A stretch of DNA of 64,000 bases from Eledone cirrhosa (lineage: Eukaryota), in contig OZ024741.1 in NCBI GenBank assembly GCA_964016885.1, forward strand, positions 19,778,001 to 19,842,000, in the 5' to 3' direction. This document shows, piece by piece, positions 25,895 to 38,325 of the stretch (positions are counted from its first letter, which is position 1; each line of letters starts with the position of its first letter). Under the pieces are notes generated by a model. It worked only from the letters and a program-made list of their open reading frames with translations. It was not told where the DNA came from and made no database searches. The position numbers and the translations under genes were made by a program.

Positions 25895-25931
<37 letters not shown>

Positions 25932-25937
<6 letters not shown>

Positions 25938-26745
25938 CCAGGTTTTTATCATTTATTTTGTTTGACCTGTTTAGCTTGATTTGTTTTGGGGCTTAGGTGG
26001 TTAATGCCTTCTTAACCACTTTTTCAGTTTGTATGCCGTTTTAACATATTGTTTAGCTCTAGTTTTCTGAACTATTGAGCGCTTGCCAGCATTTCTACGA
26101 TTTTGCGTTTCGTTTCGCTTTTTCTACCAGCCGAAATACGATTCTCTCTGAATTATATTTGTATTAATCTCCCGAGTCTTTCAATTAACCTGTTAATAAT
26201 TCTTATGACAGATTAATTGCATAAGTTTATTTTAAAAACTACCGGGTTGAGTGCTTATTCTATTTGTGCTATCTATGCAATTTTTTGTATGATATACACA
26301 TACTGAATTCATTTGCCAAAATATGGGGAATTTCCCCGTGTGAGATACGCATGTGCGTTTACTAAGCTCTGCGTCACTCGCAAAGTTGGTTACAGAGCAA
26401 AATTACTTGTTGATAACGTGATATTTCTTGTTCGATCTTTATGCTGAAAGCTTATAGTTTTAAGCAGAGAGTATTATTGATTTAGGTGTCATAGAAACCC
26501 TGCATTTGGATTTTACCACCAATTCCATTTGGGTCCAGGTTTTATCATTTATTTTGTTTGACCTGTTTAGCTTGATTTATTTTTTGGCTTAGGTGGTTAA
26601 TGCCTTCTTAACCACTTTTTCAGTTTGTATGGCGTTTTAACATATTGTTTAGCTCTACTTTTTTAACTATTGAGCGGTTGCCAGCATTTCTACGATTTTG
26701 CGTTTCGTTTCGCTTTTTCTACCAGCCGAAATACGATTCTCGCTG

Positions 26746-26750
<5 letters not shown>
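25932..26750 (+). repeat. Unclassified element with ~220-bp terminal direct repeats (period ~597 bp) between (TA)n tracts
   Basis: 25932-26155 matches 26529-26750; a diverged inverted relative lies at ~24298-24500. Confidence 0.7.
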
Positions 26751-26794
<44 letters not shown>

Positions 26795-26894
26795 AGGTGA
26801 GTTTTATTGTAGTACAATAAAGCAATGCAGATATCTGATAAGAAGCACTCTACAGTTTGTAGGACTGGAGTATACATAATATATAAGAACAAAT

Positions 26895-28923
26895 GTTTTA
26901 GTCCACTCTGACAAAACCAATAACTTATATGGTATTTCCAAGGATAATTATAACAACCTTATCCTAAAGGAACTTATGAAAAAATATCGTAAAACCAACC
27001 ATGAAAATTTAGAATACATAAACTTTGAAGCCTCTGAGATTATGTCAAAACTTGGCATTGAAAAAGAGACAGAACCATTCCTCCCAAGAACTCCGAGGAT
27101 AAATCTCAAGGATCACAAAAACAATTTTCGCACTGAACTACCTGTTAGATTAATCGCCCCCTTTAAATCAGATCTGGGGGTTGTTAGTAAAGCCATCTTG
27201 GATAGAATTATCCCACAGGTTCGTTCTAATTGCTCTTCTTTGAACCTAAATTTATGGTTTGGTACTTCTGAAGTGATTAGCTGGTTCAACAAATTGAATA
27301 ATAAAAACAAACTAAAATTTGTTCAATTTGATATTGCCAGCTACTATTCCTCCATTTCGCCTTCACTTATCTTTCGCACTTAAATATTCTGACATCACCA
27401 CAGATGAACTTCACATCATTCTCACCGCACGTAAAACCATCCTAGAGTTCAACAACGAATATTGGACCAGAGCCGATACCTCTAACAACTTCGACATCAC
27501 AATGGGAGCATCCGATTCATCCCAATTGACTGATTTAATTGGTATCTTTATTTTGAACTCTTTGAGTCGGAAAATTCCTCAACTTCGCGGTGGAATTTAT
27601 CGTGACGATGGACTCTTTACTATCTTAAATTGCAACATAGTTAACCTTAATATTATTAAGATCAATAAACGTAATCTCTTTAACCAACATAACCTAAAAA
27701 TTGAATTTGATAACAGTATCAAACTAGCTAATTTCTTGGATGTATCTCTTAATCTTGACACTGGCCTATATTACCCTTACCATAAAAACAATGAGAACCT
27801 AAATTATGTTAACTTTAAATCTAACCATCCTACTAATATCAAGAATGCTATAGTTAGTAATATTGGAAAAAGAATATCTAACCTATCTTCTAATAAAAAT
27901 ATCTTTGATGCTAACGCCAATTACTATAATAACGCGCTTTCTAAAGCCGGCTATCCTGATAAAATCAAATATAGTAAAGAAACAAATTCTAGAAGAAATT
28001 ACAGTAGAATAATTAATCATGATCATTCCAATAACTTTAATAAAAGACCTAGATACAAAAACATAATCTGGTATAATGCTCCTTTCTCCATCTCTATTAA
28101 TAACAATATTCCTAAATTATTCTTTAGTGCCTTAAATAAATGCTTCCCTCCCTCACATATCTATAGTAAAATATTTAACAAACACACTATAAAATTTTCT
28201 TATTCTACATCCTCCAACATTTCCAACATTATCTCTAAACACAACAATAAAATACTAAATACTAAATCTCTTCCTTCCAACACTGAATTTCATAATAATA
28301 GTACTCCCGACGTCATTGTAAACCCTAGGCTAATTTCTACAAACCCAAATACAACGTCAAACACAACTTCGCTAAATGTTCATAATCCCATTCTAAATCA
28401 AGAAACTATTATTCCTATCGCAAACAACTTCTCCAATCCAATTCCTTCTATAGATAACACTAGGTCACTCATTAATAATCTCTCTAATTGCAATTGCAAT
28501 TGCCCTATTAAAAATAAATGTCCTATCAACAACCATTGTCTTGATAAAAACTTAATTTACGAATGTAAAGTTATAACTGACACCAATTCCTTCACCTATT
28601 TTGGCTCCACTTCCACCTCTTTTAAAGCTCGTCTTTATAACCATCATTCGTCTTTTAAATACAAACTTAAAAGAACCAACACGGCTCTCTCAGAACTCAT
28701 ATGGTCCTTGAAAGACAAAAATATTAAATATAGCATCTTTTGGAAGAAGGTTTCTTCTGCGTCTCCATACTTGAACAGTTCTCTATCTAAAATCTGCAAT
28801 CTCTGTCTAAATGAAAAATTTACCATTATCTCTAATCTAGATTCTATAATAAATAGACGCACTGACTTGTTTTCTATCTGTTTGCATAAATTCCATAAAA
28901 CATTTCACAAAGTATACAGCTAA
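26895..28923 (+). pseudogene. Naiad-like PLE RT plus GIY-YIG, one frameshift/deletion near 27370
   Basis: SDKTNNLY, LKDHKNNF..VRLI, QFDIASYYSSI, ITMGASDSSQLTDLIG, IYRDDGL, FLDV, SNHP, IIWYNAPFS, CNC..CP...C...LIYECKV, YFGST..FKARLYNH, CNLCLNEK, CLH. Confidence 0.88.
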
Positions 28924-29706
28924 TATTCAATTCTTTATCAATTTAGAATCTTTTTCTCAAAGGCACATATATATATATACACTTCTTTTAAAAATATACC
29001 CATCTTTCTACCTTATTTCAAAGGTTATTATACATTCTATAATACTTGTCTACTCTTTCTACATCACCCCTATTTATCACTTCCCTTTCTTCTCTCTCTT
29101 CTTCTAATGTCTAATCCCTAATCTGTACCTTTTCTCACTCTTGCCTAACATAGAATCAATTATTACATAATACAACACATTCTTACTCTATATCACCTTG
29201 TAAAAATCCTTCGTAAACATATACATTTTTTTTGACGTTAGATTATTCATCCTCAATTCATTATTCTTTTCTCCCTTTCATCTAACTCATTATTCTCAAT
29301 ACATATTAACTCTTTCTTTTTCTTCGCACATATTATCAAACTCCTCAATATACAAACCTTAACTTTACATTATTTTTCTCTTCGTTAATTTTCAAATTCT
29401 TTTAATTTATACATTATCTTCCAACGGTTTTCAACCTCTCTATGTAAAACAATATATCTTTCTCAGTTATAAAAGCTATATCTCTCTCTCTATCACCCAT
29501 CTCTCCTCCTATCTCATTCTTCCTCATTATACTCCTCCCTCTCCACCTTCACTCTCATCTCCTCTTTTTTTTCATCCTTTCCACCCCCCACTCTAAATAA
29601 AATATTTTTCCCAATATCACACATCAATCTAAAATTACTTCTCATATGTTGATTTAAAACTGAACTATCCACAAGTGTTTTTTAACCTTCATATCATGTC
29701 CTCCTG

Positions 29707-29773
29707 TTTTATCTGATGAAAACACAAATATTATTGCATGATGATATTTGTTTTTGAAATGCGCATAATAAAA
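29707..29773 (+). ncRNA. Type I hammerhead ribozyme at the PLE 3' end
   Basis: TTTTAT CTGATGA AAAC ACAAATAT..ATATTTGT TTTT GAAA TGCGCA TA ATAAAA: 6-bp stem I, palindromic TGCGCA, AUA site. Confidence 0.82.
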
Positions 29774-29805
29774 TACATGAAACTCTTTTAACCATCTTTT
29801 GTTCT

Positions 29806-29854
<49 letters not shown>

Positions 29855-29864
29855 CATATATATA

Positions 29865-29990
<126 letters not shown>

Positions 29991-30099
29991 CATATATATA
30001 TATTTATATATATATATATATATATACATATATATATACATATATATATACATATATATATATATACATATATACATATATATATACATATATATATAC

Positions 30100-30174
<75 letters not shown>

Positions 30175-30761
30175 AAATGTTCGGTGAATCCATACGTACA
30201 TATATATATGTGTGCGTGTATGTATATATATATACATACTACTGTACGTCTGTATACATATATGTATGTACGTGTACATACTTATATTTAAGTAACAGCC
30301 GTACTAAGAGTGGGAAATGAAATTTCTGTTTCATTTTTTCCGTTTATCGTTTTCGGTGTACCCGGCCGATTAACCCACTCGATATGCAAATTGGGCTTCT
30401 CAGCTGTTAATATGCATAAGGTAAGTATATACGTTCAACAATCTGGCAGGAAGGTATACGTTGCTGACGATAGCTAATAAGCTTGAAACTAGTACAGCGT
30501 TCCTTTGTCAGTGTTGAACAAACGAGCAACGATGGTTGCTGGACACTACGGCTTAATACGGGATGTTTGTTTACAAACACACCGAGCATTATAATAAATG
30601 TTCGGTGAATCCATACGTACATATATATATGTGTGCATGTATGTATATATATATACATACTACTGTACGTCTGTATACATATATGTATGTACGTGTACAT
30701 ACTTATATTTAAGTAACAGCCGTACTAAGAGTGGGAAATGAAATTTCTTTTCATTTTTTCC

Positions 30762-30767
<6 letters not shown>
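30175..30767 (+). mobile_element. Second HHR-bearing non-coding repeat (421-bp unit, ~1.4 copies); retrozyme-like
   Basis: 30175-30347 is repeated at 30596-30767; HHR in between; (TA)n flanks; another copy at 52390-52652. Confidence 0.8.
30449..30506 (+). ncRNA. Type I hammerhead ribozyme (family B)
   Basis: GAAGG-TAT-ACGTTG CTGACGA T AGC TAATAA GCT T GAAA CTAG TA CAGCGT-T-CCTTT: bulged stem I, palindromic CTAG, GUA site. Confidence 0.85.
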
Positions 30768-30792
<25 letters not shown>

Positions 30793-31121
30793 AGCTGTAC
30801 CTCCGCTGTTTCCGACGAATGGTCTATACATTGAATCACCAAAACTGTCTGTTCATGAAATTAACGTTTAAGTGGCTGAGCATTCCACAAACACATGCAG
30901 CTTCAACGTACCTCTCAGGGAGATTGAATGTGTGACAAGGCTGCCCGATTCAATTACATCTACTAATGACTAGCTGTGTAGACTGGCGCAACATGAAATA
31001 ATATGCCATGCTCCACGACAGACCATGCCATATATATTATACACACACATTTGTTTTTGCCTTTCTGCCACTGGTTACTCTCCTCTCTCTTTAAACTTCT
31101 TCTTTAATTTCTCATTCTATA

Positions 31122-31155
31122 TTGTGATGAAGGACTAGCGTCCGAAACATTAAGA
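31122..31155 (+). ncRNA. Degenerate hammerhead motif
   Basis: GTGATGA A GGAC TAGC GTCC GAAA CAT TA (C3>G; probably inactive). Confidence 0.4.
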
Positions 31156-31291
31156 CTATTTTCCTACTATATCAAGCATAAAACTAATATAGTTCTTCAC
31201 TGTACTGTGTCGTTTGCTTTGTTATTTCTGTTTGCCTTTGCATAAATATATACTTACAGATATACATACATACAAACCCACCCACACACAC

Positions 31292-31333
<42 letters not shown>

Positions 31334-31393
31334 ACGCACACACACATAACACACACGAACACACACACATATACACACACATATACACACACG

Positions 31394-31429
<36 letters not shown>

Positions 31430-32061
31430 TATTTGATATAACTGACACATGCCTTACTTCATTCATAATTCATAAATACAATATTATTTGACAAAAGGAA
31501 GCCTTTAAATCCCGTTTTTTTTTTGTTTCAGTAGTTACTATATAACGTGTAAACCCACTAACTATTGTTATGTTACTATCAGTTCCTAGTCATTACATCA
31601 CAGAAATATCAGTCACTGGTTTCAACTGTCATTCGTAATACTCCGCCTGATTTATCATCCCATGTCATTGATCTCTTCACTTTCCCTTCATTTGATCAAT
31701 ATCTTTTCAATGTAGTTGAAAAGAAGATAGCGAGAGAATACATGTGGTATAATTATTAGAGAAGAATGATTGTGTATTTGTTATTGTTTATCTTCCCATT
31801 TCATTGACACACTATCACTGTAACACTTTCCCTTCTTTTGGGTCAATGTCTATAGCTGAAAGGTAAATATCAAGAGAGTTTCGTTGAGATTAATCCTGGA
31901 GAAAATGACATGTGAATTGTTGTTGTTATTGTTGTTTATCAACAGTTTCTGATCTAGAATATTGATCTACAATTAAGACTGTTCTAGTCATGACACTCGT
32001 GTCCTCAAATATAGCGTCCCAATAGCAACTACATCAACTATATTGTATTTCATCTTAAAAT

Positions 32062-32236
32062 AATTGTTTCTACTTTTGGCACAAGGTCAGCAATTACCCA
32101 GTGCATTACTGGTATTTTATTTTATCGACCCCGTAAGGATGAAAGGCAAAGTTAATCTCGACGGGATTTGAACGTAAAGGGACGTAACTATGCTAGAAAG
32201 CATGGCGTCCAACCCTCTACCGATACTGCCAATTCA
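32062..32236 (-). mobile_element. tRNA-derived SINE, same family
   Basis: Matches the Deu/Nin-like core and tRNA head. Confidence 0.88.
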
Positions 32237-33261
32237 AATACGACATGACTTGAGAGAGATTTGGCTGATAATTCTAGATTACTTACTTACTTATACTTGT
32301 AGCGGTGTTCACCCGGGGTAGGTTGAGCTAGCTGCATCCAAGGAATTCACAGTGTAAGTTTATTTCAATGGAGTATTTTCGGGTGATTGGTTCCACAAGT
32401 GGTGCCCAGCCACAAGTATATGTACTTTAGGATAGTGTAATCCAAGCATTACATTGGTTATAGTACTGAGCTCTCACTTTCACACCCAACCCAGTTTCTA
32501 GGAGCCAGTGCCACGAAGGGAGACACATGGGGGGAGGGGGCTGGCAGAGGTGATAAACATATTTGGGCCATTTTGTAGTCCAGCAGGAGCTCACCCCACT
32601 ACCCAGCTCAGATATACTGACCCTCAACACCACCCCACTGCCCAGCTCAGACATACCGACCCCAGCACCGAGAATATGTAACCACACCAACACATATGGA
32701 TTGTGTATCTGTGTCAGTGTATGCGTGTAACAATGGAAATACATTCTCCAATATTTTCAGAGCTATACGCCATTGTACGTAAGTCTTAAGGGGGTATAAA
32801 TGCTTCGTTTAAGTTAAAAACAAATTTCAACAAGGTGGATGAAAATTCTGTTAAGATTTTTGTAAAGACATTTTCAGGAAGCCGTTAGAAAGTATTTTGT
32901 TTATATAAGATATAGTTATGTCATATATTTCAATCTCGAGTTCGATGCTATTGTTGTTTTAGACAATACCATACCATTATCCGAAGCGCATTTTATTTTG
33001 TCAAGTTAAAAAAAGCTAATCGAAAATATAAAACAGGTGCTTGCTCTGAGAACTTATGTAAGTTTGAGTGTAGAAATATAGAAATGTAATTGTTTGTTGA
33101 ACTTAAGAGAAATTTTGTTTTATCAATTTAATTGTCATCATAATAAAAGAATTTCTATAGAGTTTTTTTAGTTAGTTCTAGTCATCACGACAAAAACAGA
33201 ACTGGAGAGCCAACTTCAATTTGAGGTTGAAAGAAATATAAGTTTCATGAGTATCAATGTA

Positions 33262-33340
<79 letters not shown>

Positions 33341-33344
33341 ATAA

Positions 33345-33445
33345 GTAAAAGAAATCGAAAATGCAGCTGGAGTCTTTTAAGAGCATTTATTTATTTCCTT
33401 TACCGGTTTCACCGTTCTTATGCTTTTCAGAAGTAGAATAGAGGT
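33345..33445 (-). mobile_element. Solo PLE 3' end with HHR motif (33398-33433), related to the 52690-52850 end
   Basis: Minus: CTT CTGAAAA GCA TAAGAA CGGT GAAA CCGG TA AAG; shares GAAATCGAAAATGCA.CTG with 52750-52770. Confidence 0.6.
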
Positions 33446-33626
33446 AAAGGGTTTGTGTATATATACATAGGAAATTAGAAATGGAAGCTTTCGCCGTATT
33501 ATTTTTTTTACTCATGTACGTCAATACGCATCTTTTTCCACTTCTTAGAGGGTTCTAAACCCCACTATCAGGCTAACATTTCTTTAATAAAAAAAAAATA
33601 CGCTGAAAGCTTCTATATATATTATA

Positions 33627-34520
33627 CTAGCAGTAAAGCCCGGCGTTGCTCGGGGTCGCTCAGTAGCTGTGTTAAAGTTACAATGTTAAGTTTCTTTCTT
33701 GGCTTAAAAACTGTAGTGTCTACTGTGCAGACTTGCATGTGGTGTTTTTGATTAATATTCCCTCAACCAACAATATGCCTTATGAAGTTAAGAAAACATA
33801 ACGATAACCCGAATGTTATAACAAAAGAGGATGCTGGGGATAGAAACTGCACTGGTTATTTATTAACAAAGATCGAAAATGTAAACACTGCAACGCAGAG
33901 AAAAACATTAGCGTAACCAAATTATCAGTTATGTCTGTATGCACGCCTATATCACCTCTCTGCACGACTGTCTGTCTGCACGCCTATATCACCTCTCTGC
34001 ACGACTGTCTGTCTGCACGCCTATATCAACTCTCTGCACGACTGTCTGTCTGCACGCCTAACGAAATTTACAGATACATATATTTTATATAAACTTATAT
34101 AATTTTTGCTTTTTTTTACGAAATATTTGCTTGTTTTAAGTAGTTTTTAAATAGACTTGTTTTCAAGTAAAAATATTGTTTTAAAAGGCTTGTTTTACGT
34201 AGTCTTTAAATCGTGTATTGTGTTAATGTCATTTTAAACGCTGAGAAAGCCAGCGTAATTTTTTTAATTTTTGCACGCAGACGCTCAATGTAAACAGAAC
34301 AAAGGGAAATAACTGATCACTTACGCTCAAAAATCGATACATTATATTCGATTTCGTCACATACGGTGGGTCAATTTGAAATTATTTTTTTTCCGATGTC
34401 TTCGCTAGGGCTCAATGTACAAGTATAGCAATTTCGGTGCAATTCCGTGAGAGATTCTAAGAGGAGATGTGTGCCAAAAATCGATAGACAGACAGACAAC
34501 CACAGTTTTATATATATAGA
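33627..34520 (-). mobile_element. Non-autonomous Helitron (894 bp)
   Basis: Minus strand A|TCTATATATATAAAAC...CCCGAGCAACGCCGGG-CTTTACTG-CTAG|T: 5' TC, subterminal GC hairpin, 3' CTAG, A-T target, no TSD; internal 37-bp tandem repeat x3 (33941-34060) and (GACA)n. Confidence 0.88.
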
Positions 34521-34533
34521 TTATATTATATTA

Positions 34534-34710
34534 TGTTGGACAGCATGCTTTCTAGCATAGTTACGTCCCTTTACGGTTTGAGTTCAAATCCCGTCGAGGT
34601 TAACTTTGCCTTTCATCCTTACGGGGTTGATAAAATACGGGGTCGATAAAATAAAGTACCAGTAATGTACTGGGTGATTGCTGGCCTTGTCCCAAAAGTA
34701 GAAACAATTA
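34534..34710 (+). mobile_element. tRNA-derived SINE, 5'-truncated, with an internal duplication
   Basis: Core with duplicated TACGGGGT(T/C)GATAAAA; (ATATT)n tail. Confidence 0.85.
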
Positions 34711-34856
34711 TATTATATTATATTATATTATATTATATTTTATCGGGGTATTGTTATAAGTAGATTGCGTAGTATTCTGAAGTAGGTACTCATTAATAAA
34801 CATAAATTGTTCTAAAAACCCCATCTGCATAGTTATTATTCACTAAATACATATAC

Positions 34857-34951
<95 letters not shown>

Positions 34952-35322
34952 AGAGAGAGAGAGAGACTAGGAGATAGAGAGACAGACAGATATATGTACT
35001 CCTCCTCAAACCGTTTAAAATTCTGTGTGAGCCCGATATATCAACTAATATCAAATACATATATCTCAGCAATATAACTCATTAGAATATAAACAACATA
35101 AACAACATAAACTATTAAAAAGAAAGAAAGTAATCATTAACATTGTAGATATGTAGAGAACCCCACTGGGATGAGTTGGTAATGAGGCGGTAACGTGTCA
35201 TGGTCGGTTCAAATATCATATATATACATATATACACACATATGTACATTTATATATACATATAGATATATATAGATATACATATGTACACACACATACA
35301 GATATAATATATATATACATAT

Positions 35323-35480
35323 AATTGTTTCCACATTTGGCACAAGGCCAGCAATTATCCCAGTGTATTACTGGTACTTTATTTTATTGACCCCGTAAGG
35401 ATGAAAGGCAAAGTTAACCTCGGCGGGATTTGAACTCAGTCCATAAAGGGACGTAACTCTTTGCTGCCAATCCACCGCCC
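35323..35480 (-). mobile_element. tRNA-derived SINE with an internal deletion
   Basis: Core match; head shortened. Confidence 0.85.
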
Positions 35481-35546
35481 TACATATTTATATTATATTT
35501 ATATTATATATATAATATATATATATATATATACATACATACATAC

Positions 35547-35627
<81 letters not shown>

Positions 35628-35645
35628 ATATATATATATATACAT

Positions 35646-35735
<90 letters not shown>

Positions 35736-35811
35736 CGAAGGAATTGTGGTAAGGAACCAGATGGACCATAATGCACCAGAGTACTCAATACTTAGGGTAG
35801 TAGAGTAGGTA

Positions 35812-35915
35812 ATAGGAAAAAGTATGACCCCGACGGCAGAGCTCAAGCGTTTCGACGGCTAGTCCAGAAATAGCCGTCGAAACGCTTGAGCTCTGCCGTC
35901 GGGGTCATACTTTTT

Positions 35916-35920
<5 letters not shown>
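35812..35920. repeat. Perfect ~50-bp-arm hairpin
   Basis: ATAGGAAAAAGTATGACCCCGACGGCAGAGCTCAAGCGTTTCGACGGCTA, 9-nt loop, then the exact reverse complement; one arm recurs at 37842-37885. Confidence 0.9.
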
Positions 35921-35987
<67 letters not shown>

Positions 35988-36054
35988 AGAGGGAGAGAGA
36001 GAGAGAATAATGACATACAAAGTAGTTTCAGATGTTAAAGTCCTTTATTAATAA

Positions 36055-36129
36055 GGTCGTGATACATATTTCGATGACGACAGTGACCACGTGATTCTGC
36101 GTCCCAGTGCCGTGATCTCATCAGGCAGC
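36055..36129 (-). ncRNA. Hammerhead-like motif with long stem II, stem I degenerate
   Basis: Minus: CTGATGA GATCACGGCA..TGTCGTCATC GAAA TATGTA TC, followed by AATAAA. Confidence 0.55.
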
Positions 36130-36445
36130 TTCCTATGTAATAAGGTTACGTTCTCGAGACAATCCAAATTGAACCGACAAGGAAACGGGCAAAAATGTTG
36201 TTCTTAAAGCAAACGCCCGTTCCCTTGTGAGCCTCAATCAACCCCACAACTTTACGCAGGCGCAAATGTGAACAAAGCTGCCCACCCAACCAACTATTAA
36301 CCCTCAAAACACTGTAAACTAACCTAGGTAGGTGACCGCCCGAGATTTTAACTTCTGAAACTCCATTATTCTACACACACTCCGTCATTCCTATGTTGAG
36401 AGCTTCAATGGAATTACATCAACATTTACCATGAGTAGATATATT

Positions 36446-36632
36446 ATTGTCTACTTTTGGCACAAGGCCAGCAATTACCCAGTACATTACTGGTACTTTA
36501 TTTTATCGACCCCGTAAGGATGAAAGGCAAAGTTAACCTTGGAGGGATTTGAACTCAGTCCGCAAAAGGACGTAACTCTATGCTAGAAAGCATGGCGTCC
36601 GACCCTCTACTGATACTGCCAATCGACTGCCC
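36446..36632 (-). mobile_element. tRNA-derived SINE, same family, full length
   Basis: Core and head match. Confidence 0.88.
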
Positions 36633-36702
36633 ATATATATATATAATATATGCATACACATATGTATACATATATGTATGCATATATATATATGTATATA
36701 TG

Positions 36703-36782
<80 letters not shown>

Positions 36783-37066
36783 TGTATATGTGTTTATATA
36801 TATATGTGTGTGTGTATATGTATCTGTGTACGTGTGTGGCTTGGTGTGGGGGTTGTATGTAAATCTGATTCTTCTCCAGATATATCAAGCGTTAAACTAA
36901 TATACCAGCGTTGCATTCTATTGTTCTTGACTCTCATATATATATATAGCTAGATAGAGAGGTAGATAGATAGATATAGATATATATATAAATATTTATA
37001 TATATATATACGCACACACATATATATATGTATATGCGTGTATACATATATTCATATACATATATG

Positions 37067-37159
<93 letters not shown>

Positions 37160-37466
37160 GTACAACGTCTAAATAAAGTGCAGTAATGGAGAAATAGAGA
37201 CACTGGTGGAGCGGAAGTGAAATAGAATTGATATATGTGTTTCTGTATATGTGTATGTGTGTATGTATTCGTGTGTCTGTGTATGTGTGTGTGTGTATGT
37301 CGGTGTGTATTTGTGTGTGTATGTATGTGTGTATGTGTGGGTATATGTGAGTGTGTATGTGTGTGTGTGTGTGTATACGTTTGGAGCACGTTGACATGTT
37401 ACCAGTGTAATATAGCGTTAAGAATAAGTTGTGGTAACGACTTTTCAAGAACCGAAGACAAACGAT

Positions 37467-37497
<31 letters not shown>

Positions 37498-37570
37498 CGG
37501 AGAGAGACACAAACATATATTCACAAGCCCATTCACACACATACAAATAAACTCACACTCACACGTGGTA

Positions 37571-37628
<58 letters not shown>

Positions 37629-37906
37629 GGTAATACCAAAGGAAAAGCAAAGGGAAAAAGAGTGCTCTATGTATAGAACAGAGCTATTTAATTAGAGAGT
37701 GAACAACACAAAATATAACTACTCCATTACCAAAGGTTTCTGGATCACAGACAATAATAATAATCTGGATCGGTCGTCAGACAGAGATTACATTTATTGA
37801 TTGGAATGTTCCATAGACACCACTGTTAGTCAACATCTGAACCAGAAATAGCCGTCGAAACGGCTTGAGCTCTGCCGTCGGAGTCTTGCACCTTATATAT
37901 ATATAC

Positions 37907-37963
<57 letters not shown>

Positions 37964-38325
37964 TCAAAGGTATATATTGAGTTAGAAACTCAAAATAGCC
38001 TCTTACAATAAAATAGCTCTAGGAAAGAGGTTTTTCGAGCCGTATATTATAATTGAATATAAAAGAAAAACGAACACAGATATATAGATATATGTGTTCA
38101 AATCGTAAGGGACCAGATTCGCTAAGGTGAAAAGAATACTAACTATAGACAAAAGGGTTTGCCAGACTCAATTTAAGAATAAATAAATACAAACCGGAAT
38201 TGTAGCAATTCCGGTTTGTATTTATTTTCACTGGTACCTATACAGCCATGACCTTAGACGTTTCTGCCCCAGTAGACCCATAAGAGGTAGACCCCCCCCC
38301 CACCACCACCACCACCATAACCTCA

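Larger units (their letters stand above)
24708..25899. mobile_element. Inverted pair of PLE pLTR-like ends, each with an HHR, enclosing a central palindrome
   Basis: Arm 24708-24855 is the reverse complement of 25704-25899 apart from a ~45-bp insert; HHRs at 24746-24820 (-) and 25740-25860 (+). Confidence 0.75.
26890..29805 (+). mobile_element. Penelope-like element, Naiad-like clade, 5'-truncated
   Basis: RT-EN coding region, pyrimidine-rich 3' UTR, terminal HHR, then (TA)n. Confidence 0.85.

Noticed and set aside
26895-28923. Possible selenoprotein-type Naiad (in-frame UGA at Cys positions)
   Set aside because: The ORF ends in TAA and the conserved Cys positions are TGT/TGC; I saw no in-frame TGA at those sites here or in the other two Naiad-like copies
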